IMG/VR virus record: IMGVR_UViG_3300044638_006750
Location: 168,684 to 232,683 of that record
Strand: one strand, 5' to 3'
Length of the DNA stretch: 64,000 nucleotides
In this document: positions 55,956 through 64,000 of the stretch, in pieces
Layout: each line of letters starts with the position of its first letter
How positions within the stretch are numbered: position 1 is the first letter of the stretch
Translations under genes and position numbers: made by a program
Notes under the pieces: model-generated
What the model was told of the DNA's origin: nothing
Seen by the model: the letters and a program-made list of their open reading frames with translations, nothing else
The model's database searches: none

Positions 55956-56505
55956 GACGTGTATCAAGTGCAATATGACTAAAACATTGTCTAAATTTCC
56001 TAAAAAAACCAATCAATGTAAAAGCTGTAGGGCTGAGTATATGAAACAGTGGCAAAAAACACGAATAGATACTAGAGATAGAACAGAATATAGAAAAGAA
56101 TATTATGCTAAAAATAAACAAAAATTTAAACAATGGAATAAAACTTGGAGAAAAAATAATGACCGCTCTGAATATCATAGAAAGTATCGAGATAAAAATC
56201 CATCCGCAAAATTAGCCTGTTATTGTAGAAACAGGATTAGGGCCGCTATAAAAAATCAATGGAAAGCGGAGAGTTCTTTGTGTCTTACTGGCTGTAAAAG
56301 TTGGCATGAAGTTAAAAATCATTTGGAATCAAAATTTGAAAAAGGAATGAGTTGGGAAAACATGGGAGAGTGGCATATTGATCATATAAAACCATGCTCT
56401 AGTTTTGATTTAACCGATCCAGAAGAACAAAAGCGGTGTTTTCATTACACTAATTTACAGCCTTTATGGGCAAAGGACAACTTGTCTAAGTCTGATAAGG
56501 TGTAA
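55945..56505 (+). CDS. HNH homing-endonuclease-like protein, inverted relative to its neighbours
   Basis: C..C N-terminal Zn finger, WHIDHIKPC, HYTNLQPLWAKDNLSKS; GGAGG RBS. Confidence 0.88.
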   Translation: MKVKTCIKCNMTKTLSKFPKKTNQCKSCRAEYMKQWQKTRIDTRDRTEYRKEYYAKNKQKFKQWNKTWRKNNDRSEYHRKYRDKNPSAKLACYCRNRIRAAIKNQWKAESSLCLTGCKSWHEVKNHLESKFEKGMSWENMGEWHIDHIKPCSSFDLTDPEEQKRCFHYTNLQPLWAKDNLSKSDKV

Positions 56506-56535
56506 ATCGTCACTTTGTCAACCGACACTTGAGAA

Positions 56536-57141
56536 TTATTCGTATTCAACCAACAATGCCTTTCGGACAGAATCAGTTAAATTATTACGATCTAGATAAA
56601 AAGACAGATCGTTATTAAAAATATTAGGCATATGTTCTAATACTCTTTGAGAATATATTGGGCGTAGAGGTTTGAGTCTTAATTCTCTATTAATATGATA
56701 GCTCCATAAATATGCATTAATAGCACGAATATATTTGTCGGCGTCAAAATCTTCAATAGGACAGTTTCTTATAAGTTTTAATACTTTTTTTTCGCAATCA
56801 TGTTCTATCTCTAGTATGTCGTGCAAACTTTTATTCAATGCCTCTTCAGGTACAATAGATTCTTTGTTTGATATCCAGTCGAATAAAATGTCGTATGTTT
56901 CTGTGCTTTTTTCCCATAGTTTGCGATCAGTTTTCCATTGGAGAAAATGACAATATTCATGAATTAATATTTCAAAACCCATATCGTGTTTCATGGCTAC
57001 AACAAATTCTTCTGACCCTGTATCCGTACCAAACCAACCACCATATCCATCAATATGTTCTTTTTGATGAAGATGTACAGAAAACCCGTGTGATAAAAGA
57101 TCTCTTATTACTTTAATTGTAAAATTTTGTTTGGTTTCCAT
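56536..57141 (-). CDS. Hypothetical with a zincin HExxH motif
   Basis: LIHEYCHFLQ followed by IEHDCE. Confidence 0.5.
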   Translation of the reverse strand: METKQNFTIKVIRDLLSHGFSVHLHQKEHIDGYGGWFGTDTGSEEFVVAMKHDMGFEILIHEYCHFLQWKTDRKLWEKSTETYDILFDWISNKESIVPEEALNKSLHDILEIEHDCEKKVLKLIRNCPIEDFDADKYIRAINAYLWSYHINRELRLKPLRPIYSQRVLEHMPNIFNNDLSFYLDRNNLTDSVRKALLVEYE

Positions 57142-57143
57142 GT

Positions 57144-57323
57144 TTATATCTGTTCTACTGAATAAATTTTGACTACTTTTCTATTAGGGTTTGGATGCTG
57201 ATGCTGATATTTATATGCAGCTTCTTCTTTGGAGGAAGCAGATATTGTTTCATTAACTAATAGTGTTTGTTTATGGTCATCGATTATGTTGTAAACCTGT
57301 GCAGATACACTATATTCTTTCAT
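57144..57323 (-). CDS. Small hypothetical (59 aa)
   Basis: Manual translation MKEYSVSAQVY...KIYSVEQI; fills the gap between genes. Confidence 0.45.
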   Translation of the reverse strand: MKEYSVSAQVYNIIDDHKQTLLVNETISASSKEEAAYKYQHQHPNPNRKVVKIYSVEQI

Positions 57324-57960
57324 CGTTCCACCCCAAAGCCTCTGCTGTCATAGGAAATTGTTGAGCAAAAATATCTTTGCATTGATTAGCTATAATCATA
57401 TGTTCTTTTTGAGTGCCGTGTCCAGATCTTAATTGTATATAATGTATCCAACTACGAACTGTTCCGCTCATATAAATGCGGGTAGGAGTTGCTAATGGTA
57501 ATACAAATCTTGCACACTCTTTAGCAACGCCATCGGCTATCATAGCATCATAAATAGCCTTTGCTTTGGCGAAATGTTCACGAATTTTTACATTCCATTT
57601 GACTCTCAGTTCATTTGGAATATCATCTATACTATTTTGTCTATTCTTATTATCTTGTCTTCTAATCTCAAATAGAGGAATTTCTTCTGCTAATAGCGTA
57701 GTATCCGCATATCTTTGACTAAATTCTTGAAATGTAAAACTTCTATGTCTTAAAATTTGTGCTGCTAGTCCTCTAGTGGTATTAATTTCTAGCGTCATAA
57801 ATCCTTGTTCAAAAATACTCCAATGCTGATGATCAATACAATACTTTAATAGTTTTGCATAATTATCATTATTTTGATTGCTCGGATTGCTTACTCTGGC
57901 ACAATATGCCATTAGTTTTTCAGCATCTGGCGTAACAGCAATTATTTTGACATTAGACAT
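57310..57960 (-). CDS. thyX: Flavin-dependent thymidylate synthase
   Basis: ARVSNP, HWSIFE, RHRSFTFQEFSQRY, ECARFVLP and TQKEH. Confidence 0.95.
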   Translation of the reverse strand: MSNVKIIAVTPDAEKLMAYCARVSNPSNQNNDNYAKLLKYCIDHQHWSIFEQGFMTLEINTTRGLAAQILRHRSFTFQEFSQRYADTTLLAEEIPLFEIRRQDNKNRQNSIDDIPNELRVKWNVKIREHFAKAKAIYDAMIADGVAKECARFVLPLATPTRIYMSGTVRSWIHYIQLRSGHGTQKEHMIIANQCKDIFAQQFPMTAEALGWNDERI

Positions 57961-57975
57961 ATGATTCCTTCTATT

Positions 57976-58554
57976 TTATTCAAAAATAGTCCAACAAGTT
58001 TTGGATATTGGTTTAAAATTTAATGAACTATTTGAAGCAAATTCTTGAACAGCTTTTTTAACTCCGGCCCAATCATCATGATAATCATGTCCGTACATTT
58101 TTTTATGTCCAGACTTAATCTTTGGCCACCATGTAGTTATGTCATTAATGACATCAATATATTCATGGCTAGCGTCTATAAACACAGTATCAAAATATTC
58201 ATCTGGAAAATCTTTTGCAGCATCGACAGACTTTTTCCTGATGATTTTTATCTTTTCTTGAACCGGAGATAAATTATTTAGAAAATGTAGATATAGTCCA
58301 TCTGTTGTTTGTAAAAGGGGGTCGTATGCTGGCATATTCGGCATATGTTCTAATGATCCAGCCCATGTGTCGATAGCATATGCTTCAAAATTTTTATTAC
58401 TATTGATAGCTTCCACAATAAAGTAAGCTAAACTTTTACCTTTCCAAACACCTACTTCTGCAAATTTAAAAGTGTTTGGTGCTGAATTAACAATATGCGA
58501 ATATAAATCTTCAAAATCAAACCAGCCATCTATGTTTTGATAGAAATGATTCAT
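57976..58554 (-). CDS. Class I SAM methyltransferase (Methyltransf_24-like)
   Basis: EVGVWKGKS, IDTW, VFIDASHEY and GHDY. Confidence 0.85.
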   Translation of the reverse strand: MNHFYQNIDGWFDFEDLYSHIVNSAPNTFKFAEVGVWKGKSLAYFIVEAINSNKNFEAYAIDTWAGSLEHMPNMPAYDPLLQTTDGLYLHFLNNLSPVQEKIKIIRKKSVDAAKDFPDEYFDTVFIDASHEYIDVINDITTWWPKIKSGHKKMYGHDYHDDWAGVKKAVQEFASNSSLNFKPISKTCWTIFE

Positions 58555-58556
58555 GA

Positions 58557-58811
58557 TTAATAGTTAGATATTTCTGGGAAATCTATTGTTTTATTTTCTT
58601 GATATTCTTTTTGGTATTCAGTCCACTTATTGTCTGTCATTGTATTAAAAATAGCTGTGGCTAATTTACTAACGCTTGGAGCAATACCACTAATAGTATG
58701 ATCTGAGCTTTTAGCCCAGTAGTACGATGCTCCGTTTATTGAATCGTCTTTTTCTTTAACTACTTCAAAACCTTTATCCTTAGCCCATCTTTTAACTTCT
58801 GACCAAAGCAT
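58557..58811 (-). CDS. Hypothetical protein
   Basis: GAGG RBS. Confidence 0.55.
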   Translation of the reverse strand: MLWSEVKRWAKDKGFEVVKEKDDSINGASYYWAKSSDHTISGIAPSVSKLATAIFNTMTDNKWTEYQKEYQENKTIDFPEISNY

Positions 58812-58822
58812 AATTTATTACC

Positions 58823-59068
58823 TCAAATATATTTTCTAGTCTTAGAATCGTAAGACTCTATCGGTTTATCGTAATGTTTCCATGCTTCTTGATGCTTGAA
58901 TCCTATAAGTTGTTTTTCTTGTTGTCCAATAATCTCTCTTTGGTATTCAATAAGACGATAAAGTTCTATAATATAATCAAGAACTTGTTGACCTTTATAC
59001 TCCTCAAGTATTTCATTAACTCTAGATGGATTAACAGGCTCGTATTTAAAAGTTCCATCCCAACTCAT
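58823..59068 (-). CDS. Hypothetical protein
   Basis: ORF tiles in the operon. Confidence 0.55.
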   Translation of the reverse strand: MSWDGTFKYEPVNPSRVNEILEEYKGQQVLDYIIELYRLIEYQREIIGQQEKQLIGFKHQEAWKHYDKPIESYDSKTRKYI

Positions 59069-59277
59069 TTACTTTCCTTTTCTACCATATTAGCAATTTT
59101 CATTAGCTCTCTATCATCCATTTTAGATAGTTCATTTCTACACTCAGACAACAAGTTAAACAAAGAATAATCTTGACCGGGATCTTTTTCGACCAAAACA
59201 TCCGTGTATACTTTTTGGCTTAACATACTTAATGCTTTACTAAGTTTAAGAATCAATTTATTGTGTTGACCAGTCAT
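59065..59277 (-). CDS. Hypothetical protein
   Basis: ORF tiles in the operon. Confidence 0.5.
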   Translation of the reverse strand: MTGQHNKLILKLSKALSMLSQKVYTDVLVEKDPGQDYSLFNLLSECRNELSKMDDRELMKIANMVEKESK

Positions 59278-59639
59278 TTCTGCATCATCTCCTCATAAGT
59301 TAGTTGCTTCTTATAATCAAAACCACGACAGAATCCAGTTTTGTATATTTCTTTCATAGTTTCTATATGATCAAACTCTGCGAAAAAATCTCTATTGTTT
59401 TTTGCCCATTCTACCCAAGATTTTTCATCATCGCTCTCACCATATAGGTCTTCAAAATAAACATCGACAGGATCATAATTTGCATTATGAAGCCTAGTGT
59501 CTACAGTTCCAAAGACTATACTATGAAATTTTCCATCATCTCCAACTTTTTTGGAAATAGATGAGACTACTAACTTATCCATAAAGCAATTATAAATTGT
59601 GTCTCCAATTTTAACGCCCTGAGCTAAATCTATTCTCAT
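59274..59639 (-). CDS. Hypothetical protein
   Basis: ORF downstream of the promoter at 59726. Confidence 0.55.
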   Translation of the reverse strand: MRIDLAQGVKIGDTIYNCFMDKLVVSSISKKVGDDGKFHSIVFGTVDTRLHNANYDPVDVYFEDLYGESDDEKSWVEWAKNNRDFFAEFDHIETMKEIYKTGFCRGFDYKKQLTYEEMMQK

Positions 59640-59725
59640 ATTGATAACATTAGTTTAAAAAAGTAATATGTTACAAACACCAATAATATCTCTAATACCC
59701 ATGTGTAATCTGTTCGCATACACTC

Positions 59726-59754
59726 ATCATATCATATCGGCTGGCAACAGTCAA
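59726..59754 (-). promoter_or_regulatory. Sigma70 promoter
   Basis: TTGACT-gttgccagccgatatga (17)-TATGAT. Confidence 0.7.
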
Positions 59755-59758
59755 GACC

Positions 59759-60040
59759 TTAATCGTCATCTTCGCAGGATAATTTTCCTATCGGATAATT
59801 CGGATTTGCCAATAAAGAAATTCTGCCATCACTATAATTTACTTTATAGATATAAATATCTTTTACATTTGGATCTTTTTTTAAGTCTTCAATTAGTTGC
59901 TCGGTATTATATTCACTCAGTCTAGTACGATATTTGGGTAAATATTCTTTATATTCTTTTCCCATACTTTTATATGTATAATACATACGGCCTTGACATT
60001 CACTATCTATTGAACTTCGTATTATCATAGTAGCCTCCAT
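59759..60040 (-). CDS. Hypothetical protein
   Basis: ORF present in the track. Confidence 0.5.
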   Translation of the reverse strand: MEATMIIRSSIDSECQGRMYYTYKSMGKEYKEYLPKYRTRLSEYNTEQLIEDLKKDPNVKDIYIYKVNYSDGRISLLANPNYPIGKLSCEDDD

Positions 60041-60067
60041 TAAATGCTACTATAAATATACCCCTAA

Positions 60068-60580
60068 TTAGTTAGTTTTTATTTTCTCTCTAGACTCATA
60101 TTCTTCTTGAGTTAAATACTTTTGAGTTTTCATATCAAAACTTGAGAATGTTCCCATCCCCATACATTTGCTGCAACCTGTTTTTTCTACTTTTGGCCCA
60201 ATCTCAGCATATTCTTTCATCATGGTCATAAAAGTAGTTTGGGCTAATGGACAAAGAAATTTACCACCAAAAGGATATTTATCCTTGTCTTCGATGTTAT
60301 CACAAACTTTGCATCTGTCAATACTTATATGTTTATTGAACCATAGTGTCATCTTGGCTTGATACATTAGTTCATTAACATCTTCTTTTCTTTCTCCAGT
60401 ACCTTTACAATACAAGCATTTGATAAAGATTTCTTTATATTTTTCATTATAAGATTGTAATCGTATAGATTTTAGATAGTCATATAAGTTATACTTTTCT
60501 GGTATAAAAAATGTTAAAATGAATAAAATTATAGCAGATACTATTAGGAATTGTTGATAGGGTTCGATTTTAGTGTTCAT
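60068..60580 (-). CDS. Membrane-anchored protein with DnaJ-type CxxCxGxG zinc motifs
   Basis: N-terminal TM segment, CLYCKGTG and CSKCMGMG. Confidence 0.6.
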   Translation of the reverse strand: MNTKIEPYQQFLIVSAIILFILTFFIPEKYNLYDYLKSIRLQSYNEKYKEIFIKCLYCKGTGERKEDVNELMYQAKMTLWFNKHISIDRCKVCDNIEDKDKYPFGGKFLCPLAQTTFMTMMKEYAEIGPKVEKTGCSKCMGMGTFSSFDMKTQKYLTQEEYESREKIKTN

Positions 60581-60703
60581 GATATTAACTCCACAAATTT
60601 CCAGATTCCTAGTCCCATAAGAAGTAATAGCATCACCATACCTAGTGTAGCTAAAGTTGCTACTACAGAAAACATTAGCTTAAATATTGGATCTGGTTCA
60701 AGA

Positions 60704-60955
60704 TTATGGAACATAATCAACACACTCTACTTTCTTAACAACTGCGTTATTATTAATATGTTTAATCATTTCAATATGTTTTTTAGCTTTATCAAATGAA
60801 GTAAATTTAATTACGCTTCTAATTGGTGGAACTTCTGAATGACCAAACCATTCATATTCAGATAGATAACTCCAAAATAACCATCCTTTTTTCTGAATCT
60901 GATACCACTCGTACCCATTTCCATTAACAAATTTACATATTTTATATTTGGTCAT
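60704..60955 (-). CDS. Hypothetical protein
   Basis: ORF present in the track. Confidence 0.5.
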   Translation of the reverse strand: MTKYKICKFVNGNGYEWYQIQKKGWLFWSYLSEYEWFGHSEVPPIRSVIKFTSFDKAKKHIEMIKHINNNAVVKKVECVDYVP

Positions 60956-61211
60956 TATCTAATTTCCTATTTAGATTGTAAATACGACACTTTTGTAATG
61001 TTGCATAAACAGTGATGAAAATACCAATAAGTTGCATAGAATACCAGAAGTATAGTTCAATTATTAAACCATTCATAAATTTCAAACCATCTCCAATTCT
61101 CTATTGATTTTCTATTAGATCTACTATGATAGTCATTATACTGAATCTTGAATCCTCTTGGACTAAATTTGTAATGATAAGATCCAAACCTAACATTAAA
61201 ATATAAATCAC

Positions 61212-61649
61212 TCATTCCATACCACCCATCAACCACTTCTTAACATTAATAGGATGCTCATTACTAAACTGAGGAGTTGAACTAATGTAGCCAGCAGCAA
61301 GATTAATAATAACATTTTGTTTCTCTATCACATTTTCCAAGTCTTTAATTCGTTGAAAATTATTAAGATCAGACTTAAATGCGTTATTAAGTTTAATATC
61401 TTGCTCTTCGGTTTTCTTTTGTAAAGGGATTATTCTTGTTGTCCATAATTCATCTATATCTTTTTTTCTTTGCTCTTCTGATTTTGCTAGTTTTTCTTCT
61501 AAGTCTTTATAACTTTTATTAGGTGAATAAACTCTCGCTGTGCATTTTTCAAATTCTGCTTTTTCTTTTTTCAAGTCAGCTATGATATATCTTAGCTCAT
61601 CATTTATTTGAACTAACTCGTCATAAGTTAGTTTATTGGAGTCTCTCAT
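61212..61649 (-). CDS. Coiled-coil hypothetical
   Basis: Heptad pattern. Confidence 0.55.
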   Translation of the reverse strand: MRDSNKLTYDELVQINDELRYIIADLKKEKAEFEKCTARVYSPNKSYKDLEEKLAKSEEQRKKDIDELWTTRIIPLQKKTEEQDIKLNNAFKSDLNNFQRIKDLENVIEKQNVIINLAAGYISSTPQFSNEHPINVKKWLMGGME

Positions 61650-62107
61650 ATAAATAACCTATCTTTAAGTAATTCTCTAACGGTTTCTGTGATATTAATT
61701 CCATTAACTATAATGGTATCTTTGTTTGGAAATCTTCCAGCTTCCCGATCATACAACCACCATATAGCAAACTCTTGATCTTTAGTCAACTTGATATCGC
61801 TAGGCATATTTTTATTCATGTCTAGCAATAATTGATTTAGGGTTTCTTTGTCGGCATAAATAGTTTGATTGTACTGTTCTGCTGTTGTTATCCTATTAAT
61901 ATCAGTAGCAGAAATATACGAGCAATTATTTACAGGAAAAGGAGCGTATTTGAGAGGGTTTTGATATTGCCCCCAATTATTCTTATCATACAAATCCTGC
62001 ATCTTCTCATCAAGTTCTGTAGTTAATTCTTGATAAGTCTTTGATGGAAACATCCAATCAAACAGACTAGACAAACCTTTTATAAAACTCATTTTGATAG
62101 CATCCAC
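61646..62107 (-). CDS. Hypothetical protein
   Basis: ORF tiles in the operon. Confidence 0.5.
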   Translation of the reverse strand: MDAIKMSFIKGLSSLFDWMFPSKTYQELTTELDEKMQDLYDKNNWGQYQNPLKYAPFPVNNCSYISATDINRITTAEQYNQTIYADKETLNQLLLDMNKNMPSDIKLTKDQEFAIWWLYDREAGRFPNKDTIIVNGINITETVRELLKDRLFI

Positions 62108-62361
62108 AGTGTTAATACGACTAAAATTGCTTCACTAATGGGAAATAAACCAAATACCAATGATCTAAACCAATAAGTTAAAAACGCACAAACCCAACAA
62201 ACTATTGGAAAACTCAAAAAAATATAGCAAACTAAAATAGCCCAAGGATCATGTTGAGCCTGTGGACTATCCATAACCATTGTTCCCATTAAACAAGGAA
62301 CTACGGCAAATAGTCCTAATACTATATTCCAAAAAGCTAAAGCATCTACAAAGTTATTCAT
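62089..62361 (-). CDS. Small membrane protein
   Basis: Three hydrophobic segments. Confidence 0.55.
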   Translation of the reverse strand: MNNFVDALAFWNIVLGLFAVVPCLMGTMVMDSPQAQHDPWAILVCYIFLSFPIVCWVCAFLTYWFRSLVFGLFPISEAILVVLTLWMLSK

Positions 62362-62555
62362 TTTGATCCCACTTTACTACCAGCAACTAGACCTGTTAGC
62401 CATAATGCTGCTAAATATGTCCACAGATTAGTTTGAATATTAGTATGGAACAGAGTATTAATAGCCCAAATACTAATAAAAGGAGACAGAAACAACAATA
62501 CCACCACCAGTAGAACTATTCCACCAAGAAGTCCATAATCACTATTTCTAATCAT
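62358..62555 (-). CDS. Small membrane protein
   Basis: Two hydrophobic segments. Confidence 0.55.
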   Translation of the reverse strand: MIRNSDYGLLGGIVLLVVVLLFLSPFISIWAINTLFHTNIQTNLWTYLAALWLTGLVAGSKVGSK

Positions 62556-62711
62556 ATTTGCTTTCTGTAAAAAAAGTTTCGTTAGCCATAAAGCCTAAAA
62601 TAAATCCAGCACTCAATAAAGATACCAGTTGCTCTTGATAAAAACAGCAAGCTAGAAAAATAGCAGCAATGCTATAAACTAGTATTAATTTTTGTTTTTG
62701 CGATTTAGTCA

Positions 62712-63191
62712 TTATTTCCCTACTTTCACTATTTCAAACCCAAACCCTAATAAGCGAAAGTTAAAACCATAACCCCAGTCATATGTATAGTAATAAAATT
62801 CTGTGGTCAAGTCGAGACTAAAACCGTACTGGTAAAGATCATCACTTGGATGCCATTCAGAATCTAATTTAGGACGTTGATAAAACAAGAAATTAAACGG
62901 ATGAAACCATTTTACTTCAATATTATCATACCACTTTCTGTTATCTTCAGGAAGATAGTTTTCTTGACAATTTTCACAAATCCACAATCCTCCAGCAGAT
63001 TCAATTCCGTTATTATGACTCTTGATGGGACAAAGATAACTATTATTCACACTAGTTTCTCTTTCACAAGTATAGATAGTTTCTCCACAGAATACACATT
63101 TTTCAGTAGGGGCATCGGGATTAACACACTTATCAGTATCACTCATAATAATGAAGTTTTCTCTTATAAATTTCTGGATATTGATCTTCAA
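62712..63191 (-). CDS. Zn-finger hypothetical
   Basis: CVFCG...CPIKSH...CENC. Confidence 0.5.
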   Translation of the reverse strand: MKINIQKFIRENFIIMSDTDKCVNPDAPTEKCVFCGETIYTCERETSVNNSYLCPIKSHNNGIESAGGLWICENCQENYLPEDNRKWYDNIEVKWFHPFNFLFYQRPKLDSEWHPSDDLYQYGFSLDLTTEFYYYTYDWGYGFNFRLLGFGFEIVKVGK

Positions 63192-63342
63192 TATTACTAG
63201 AATCGTCTTCGATTCCTAAAGCATACAAAGCGTGACAATAAAATGCAAGTCCTTCAAATTCACTTTCTGGATATTCTCTATGATCTCTATCATAATCTAC
63301 TACTAAAGTTCGTAGTTTTTCTAAAAATTCTTGATTAGTCAT
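63139..63342 (-). CDS. Hypothetical protein
   Basis: ORF tiles in the operon. Confidence 0.5.
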   Translation of the reverse strand: MTNQEFLEKLRTLVVDYDRDHREYPESEFEGLAFYCHALYALGIEDDSSNIEDQYPEIYKRKLHYYE

Positions 63343-63677
63343 AATACTTCCGTCAGAATTCTCCAGCTTTTAAGTTTGAGTCCTTCGTTAATAACTTCGA
63401 TTGGTTTGTTTTTGAGTTGATCTATGGTAGAGACTTTAGCGTCTTTGAGCAACTGGTTGATTTTTTTGACCATCTCTACTCTTTGATTAGACCGATCTTC
63501 TTCTGTCCATTTAGTATATTTATCTACCTTAACATCTTCGCTCCATCCACCCTCAATAAAATCAATACAACCCATCCCACTAAAACTTAATGTTACAGTA
63601 AGTCCGAATTGCATATCTTGGTATCCACCATATCCAAAACTAACCTTCTCAATTTTGCCTAGTGCCTTTTCTTCCAT
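63339..63677 (-). CDS. Conserved phage hypothetical
   Basis: LGKIEKVSFGYGGYQD..FGL pattern. Confidence 0.55.
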   Translation of the reverse strand: MEEKALGKIEKVSFGYGGYQDMQFGLTVTLSFSGMGCIDFIEGGWSEDVKVDKYTKWTEEDRSNQRVEMVKKINQLLKDAKVSTIDQLKNKPIEVINEGLKLKSWRILTEVL

Positions 63678-63678
63678 T

Positions 63679-63999
63679 TTATTCTTTCAACAAAAAGTCA
63701 TTATTGATAGCTTTAAAACTAACTTCTCCACAAAAGCTCCGAATTACTATTCCTTCACGGTCTTGACTTGGTTTAGCAGAGTTGAAGTGGTCGCTATATT
63801 TGCCCTTCGCCATCTCTAGTAGATCGGTCTTAGTATATCCGAAACTTGAGCCTTTGTCAACTATAGGAACAAAATTCAAGCCAAGTTGAGAGGCTACAAT
63901 CAAAGATTTATCCAAACATAACTTCTGACCAGTTCTAATATCTATCACATTAAATATGTAAAGATCAGCATGAGATAATCCTAATGGGTTTTTTTTGTA
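63679..63999 (-). CDS. RNA ligase (Rnl2/DRB0094-like), C-terminal part; runs off the right edge
   Basis: The frame stays open to the edge: KNPLGLSHADLYIFNVID (motif III/IIIa), REGIV (IV) and SFKAINNDFLLK (V). Confidence 0.75.
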   Translation of the reverse strand, partial: YKKNPLGLSHADLYIFNVIDIRTGQKLCLDKSLIVASQLGLNFVPIVDKGSSFGYTKTDLLEMAKGKYSDHFNSAKPSQDREGIVIRSFCGEVSFKAINNDFLLKE

Positions 64000-64000
64000 T

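Noticed and set aside
55887-56521. GGTGTAAAT as a clean target-site duplication restoring a uvsE promoter
   Set aside because: Removing the insert puts the -10 position on the uvsE ATG, so it does not rebuild a sensible promoter. Kept only as a weak clue in the HNH finding.
45439-57960. Introns or inteins in the ligase, thyX, tRNA or tmRNA
   Set aside because: Lengths and motif spacing are normal, with no insertions evident.
60068-60580. DnaJ chaperone
   Set aside because: Only two CxxCxGxG motifs and a TM anchor; no J-domain HPD motif.
1-64000. CRISPR array or long tandem repeats
   Set aside because: I saw no regularly spaced direct repeats; intergenic gaps are short and explained by promoters or RNAs.
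1-64000. Stop-codon reassignment (code 15 or 4), as in some large phages
   Set aside because: Known genes (guaC, ligase, thyX, uvsE, rIIA) are full length and tile tightly under code 11.

Overview
A gene-dense, AT-rich segment, mostly on the minus strand and read in standard code 11. It looks like part of a large lytic tailed-phage genome: rIIA/rIIB, RepB-like primase, ATP-dependent DNA ligase, endonuclease VII, ThyX, RNA ligase, three HNH genes, tRNA-Leu(UAA) and tmRNA. No capsid, tail or integrase gene is recognisable in this window. A Tat-exported DUF1501-like gene and a planctomycete-style secreted protein suggest a Planctomycetota host (inference). The main feature is a very large glycan-biosynthesis arsenal: two divergent operons (1-15.7 kb minus, 16.5-22.6 kb plus) and an AT-rich island (39.1-44.5 kb). 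Together they hold about 20 predicted glycosyltransferase-like genes, RmlB-like and GDP-mannose 3,5-epimerase-like enzymes, a sulfotransferase and several O-methyltransferases. Other oddities are an actin-fold ATPase next to RuvB and a Zn-finger/RuvA-domain-III protein, tandem S8 and S1 proteases, a shrunken tRNA-like element, a long hairpin 5' of tRNA-Leu, sigma70-type promoters sharing a CGAT spacer motif, and a homopolymer-frameshifted ORF. All assignments come from motif recognition by eye; no database searches were run.
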